This document shows, in pieces, positions 60,787-64,000 of a DNA stretch of 64,000 bases. The stretch comes from Paecilomyces variotii (Eukaryota), in the NCBI GenBank assembly GCA_004022145.1, contig RCNU01000009.1; one strand, 5' to 3'. The notes below the pieces were generated by a model that was not told where the DNA came from, did not search any database, and saw only the letters and a program-made list of their open reading frames with translations. The position numbers and the translations under genes are program-made. Position 1 is the first letter of the stretch. Every line of letters begins with the position of its first letter.

Positions 60787-63162
60787 TCAGGGCTGCTCTT
60801 TCGACAGAGGTGACTTTTTCCGTATCTGCGAAATCAGCCTTGTGGGACTAGTCACCATCTTCGAAAAGTCACCTGAAAGCGACTTGCCATACTGAGCCAG
60901 GGACTCTTCTGAGGGAGACATCAATGCAGGAGTGGGCAATGCCGTCAAGTCTTTACCACCGTCGCCCTCGTCATCAGAGAAGGCGATATCTTCATCGTAT
61001 TCATCATACAGTTCCACGTCTGTGTCACTGGTATCGATGTATCCTGTTCCTGTCTCGTCTAGGCCAAAGTCGAACTCCGCTACAGATGCAGGCGAAGGAG
61101 GACCGCTGGCGGGTCCTTCCATCCTCTTCACACTATCCACGGGCCCTTTGTCGCCAGATAAGATAGGTGATTCTGGATATTCCGGTATTGGAGATCCAAT
61201 GGGAGGAGGAGGCTCTTCGCTGACTTCTGGCTTCGGTTCTCGTGCTTCCTGCTGGACTAAGGGGGGAGGTTCCTTGCATACGCAGTGGAGCTGCACGATT
61301 CCTGTCAAGTGGTTGATGGCTCTGGCGAATCTGCGTTCAACTTGTGCTCCGGTAGGGCGCTTCTCTGGTTCTCTTGCCAGCATGTCGCGGACGACAGCTA
61401 ACATTGGCTTCAGGGCCCTGAAAATAGGATCCCGACGCTTTTTGGCGTCGTGGTCGAGAAGAGTAATCCATGAGCCCACTTGGCCTAGATTTTTATCCAG
61501 GTGGAATGAGGCATCTGCCACGCCTCCTCCGCGGCCTGGAGTTCTGTTCTTCGCCCCCCGGTGATGCACAAAAGCGGATATCTTCCGTTTGCAAAGATGG
61601 GTAAAGATGTCCAGTATCACTGCAGCTAGGGAAAAGATATCTGAGCGCTGAGGATCAAGCTGGTGAGATTGCCAGGTTTGGACAACGGCTACTTTTGAAT
61701 TGGGCGCCGCCAGACCAACTGGGTTCGACACAGTCGTGACAGGGCGGCCTGACGAGTCGGATGAATTCGAGGAAGCGATGGACGGAGCATAAAAGATGGG
61801 CCTCTTGAGAGACGAAATAGCGTGTTTGCGAGAGTAGCCATTGTTACTGGAGCCAGAGGAAGACGAAGAAAGGGCGTATGACGTTCTCCTCGGCGAGCCA
61901 GGGAAGCCCACTCGTATAACAGTGGCTTGCGAGGCAGCTGATGAACTGGCCGAGACCATTGACACGGGCCGGGTGAGATCTGAAGCCATGCTCGAGCGCG
62001 TAGCCTGTGTTAGCTTGGCGACACTGTCTTTTACAATGTTGGAATTCGATTGTCGCCTGGCTGTCCTCCCTCCAGAAGGAAGAGCAGTACGCGAAACTCC
62101 GGTTTCCTGCACAGCCGCGGTGCGAATCCAGCGCTCGGGAGCAGCATATTGATATGCTTCGACGTCATTTACTTTGCCTGGCGGTAATAGCGTATCCAGG
62201 GCCTCAAAATGTCCCAAGAATACGTTATGAGTTGAGTCAATGAAAATATTAGACGGTCGAATAGCGCCGTGGGAATGGCCTTGTGCGTGAAGCCATGCCA
62301 GGCCGTTCGCCAAGCAGTGCGGCCAATTGATCAGTATCTGTCTCCGTTGCGGTTTGGGAAGGCGTTTGAAGCTCTGAGGCACATCGGTCAGGAAGGCCCC
62401 GAGTGTGCGCTCATGGGGTCTCGAGAAGAGAACGGAGATGCTGTCGTCCACGAAATAGGAGCCATACACGGAGAAGACATGCTCATGGGCGAGCCTTCGC
62501 AGGGAGTGGATTTCGTCCAGCACCTCGCTTTCGTCAAGGAAATGAGGAGCTTCCCCGACTTTGACTTGAGTCCGCAAGAACACTCGACATACCGCTCCCG
62601 ACAGGACGACCTTCTCGACTCCGTCCTTGTTCGTACTCGTCAGCCCGGTCCGTAGCAATTCCACCGGAACGCCTTCGTTTTCCGTATACTTGACGTGCTC
62701 GCCTTCGTGAATTCCGCGCACCAAGAACCTCCACTGCGCATGGAAGAATTTGGTATCTAGTGCAGGCGATTCTCCTTCCGGCGAGAGCTTGAGGAGGTCG
62801 ACGCTATGCGCCGCAATGGGGAGATCGGAGTCGTCGTAGGACTGGTCGACGAGCGCAAAGATGCGATCTGGGATTCCGATGTCGAGAAGGATGAGGAAGA
62901 GCTTGCCGGCCTTTGTCAGAATCCAATCGAGATAGGTCTCACTCGTCAGGCCCTCTCCCCACGGTGGCAGGGAGAAGAGCCGGTCCTGACTTTCGGGTCT
63001 GAGACTGGAGGCAACATATTCCGCCGTCAGCGTTGCCTTCACCCTCTCATCCGGCCACCACAATGATGTTGGCTCTGCCATCTCGGACGGTTCATCTCGA
63101 CGGGCAGACGACACGCTGGAACCGGGGAGGCTCGCGGTTTCATTATATGGACGTGGCGTCAT
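60787..63162 (-). CDS. Protein-kinase-like (probable pseudokinase) protein, ~791 aa
   Basis: Kinase-fold landmarks EIHSLRRLAHEHV, LANGLAWLH, HGAIRPSNI, YAAPE, SDIFSLA, DMLAREPEKRP; long Ser-rich insert; first ATG at 63162. Confidence 0.85.
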   Translation of the reverse strand: MTPRPYNETASLPGSSVSSARRDEPSEMAEPTSLWWPDERVKATLTAEYVASSLRPESQDRLFSLPPWGEGLTSETYLDWILTKAGKLFLILLDIGIPDRIFALVDQSYDDSDLPIAAHSVDLLKLSPEGESPALDTKFFHAQWRFLVRGIHEGEHVKYTENEGVPVELLRTGLTSTNKDGVEKVVLSGAVCRVFLRTQVKVGEAPHFLDESEVLDEIHSLRRLAHEHVFSVYGSYFVDDSISVLFSRPHERTLGAFLTDVPQSFKRLPKPQRRQILINWPHCLANGLAWLHAQGHSHGAIRPSNIFIDSTHNVFLGHFEALDTLLPPGKVNDVEAYQYAAPERWIRTAAVQETGVSRTALPSGGRTARRQSNSNIVKDSVAKLTQATRSSMASDLTRPVSMVSASSSAASQATVIRVGFPGSPRRTSYALSSSSSGSSNNGYSRKHAISSLKRPIFYAPSIASSNSSDSSGRPVTTVSNPVGLAAPNSKVAVVQTWQSHQLDPQRSDIFSLAAVILDIFTHLCKRKISAFVHHRGAKNRTPGRGGGVADASFHLDKNLGQVGSWITLLDHDAKKRRDPIFRALKPMLAVVRDMLAREPEKRPTGAQVERRFARAINHLTGIVQLHCVCKEPPPLVQQEAREPKPEVSEEPPPPIGSPIPEYPESPILSGDKGPVDSVKRMEGPASGPPSPASVAEFDFGLDETGTGYIDTSDTDVELYDEYDEDIAFSDDEGDGGKDLTALPTPALMSPSEESLAQYGKSLSGDFSKMVTSPTRLISQIRKKSPLSKEQP

Positions 63163-64000
63163 CTGCACAGCGGCAATTTTGGATTGTGGCTGTTAGCAGT
63201 CGCAGATATCTCGTCCATGGTCGACCATTGCGCGAAGAGGCAGCAGACAGGGCTAGCAGGGCTCCTTATCAGGAGAGTCGCACAAGGGTCCAATTCCCCG
63301 GGACGCAGGTCAATAGTGGCCGATTGAAGCTGATGGGCCCTTTCTTGGGGAGAAGGTTTCCTTAGGTTCGCTGGCGGTAATAATAATAATAATAACTAGG
63401 TACCTAACCTAACTTGATTATTATTATTAGGGTACTGAGGCAGTTTTCCCAGACCCATTCTAGTCTTCATAGGTAAGTATGGTAAGTATTTCATCCCACG
63501 AGTTGCCCCACCACGCCGATCTCCAGAACGGCATCAAACCATACGATAAACCTGGGTAGCCGATTGGCAGACGATCTAGTCGAGTTGTTAGTCGAAGGCT
63601 ACGTACGATCTAGTGACTCTGTCGGAAAGTCAAGTCGCTTGCCGGAAAGGCAATAATCAATCAATCAATCAATCGCTGGGTCTAACTGAAAGCTGAAAGC
63701 AGCCCTGCCGTCAATGCTGAAATCAATAATAACTGCTCTTTGACGTTCCCCCCCAGGCCAAGCCGGCAGTTTCTATCGATCTAAAGACGTGATCGTCTCG
63801 CCGATCAAGTTCCTTTCTGTTGACAGCGGGGTGGTCACGTCTGGTGACCCTGTCAGATCCAACGCGGTTGTTGATATCTGACTACCTAAGGTAGATGAAG
63901 GACTACTCCGTACATAGCCCCTGATAGCCGATACTTTGGGAATGACGGTAATAATAATAATAACTGCTATCTACTACTAACTAAGTAGAATAGTCCATCG

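Overview
Eukaryotic, intron-containing fungal DNA. The gene content and GT-AG introns with CTRAY branch points are typical of a Eurotiales mould (Aspergillus/Penicillium/Paecilomyces-like). About 22 protein-coding genes are supportable. The conserved backbone comprises a 5'-truncated bZIP TF, STM1, a GtaA-type glutaminase, an Nrm1/Whi5-like protein, SPB4, DGK1, a GEN1/YEN1-type nuclease, Arp11/RO7, a secreted aldose 1-epimerase, an AT-hook protein, SDS3, a GH72 glucanosyltransferase and a pseudokinase. Accessory-looking patches interrupt it: two SRPK-like kinases, small orphan genes, a P450, an Mnn2-family mannosyltransferase, and decayed APH-family and SDR relics that the ORF track misses. 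The most intriguing region is a ~4.1 kb block (42.8-47.0 kb) holding an APH pseudogene, a small His-x-Thr protein and a divergent intronless SRPK-like kinase. It is bracketed by an imperfect ~30 bp inverted repeat and a 9 bp direct repeat, so it may be a cargo-carrying non-autonomous element. Also notable are a GC-AG intron that controls the bZIP C-terminus and two in-frame stops inside the GEN1-like gene. I found no rRNA, tRNA, CRISPR array or intact transposase. Exon boundaries were derived by hand, and family calls rest on motif recognition without database searches.
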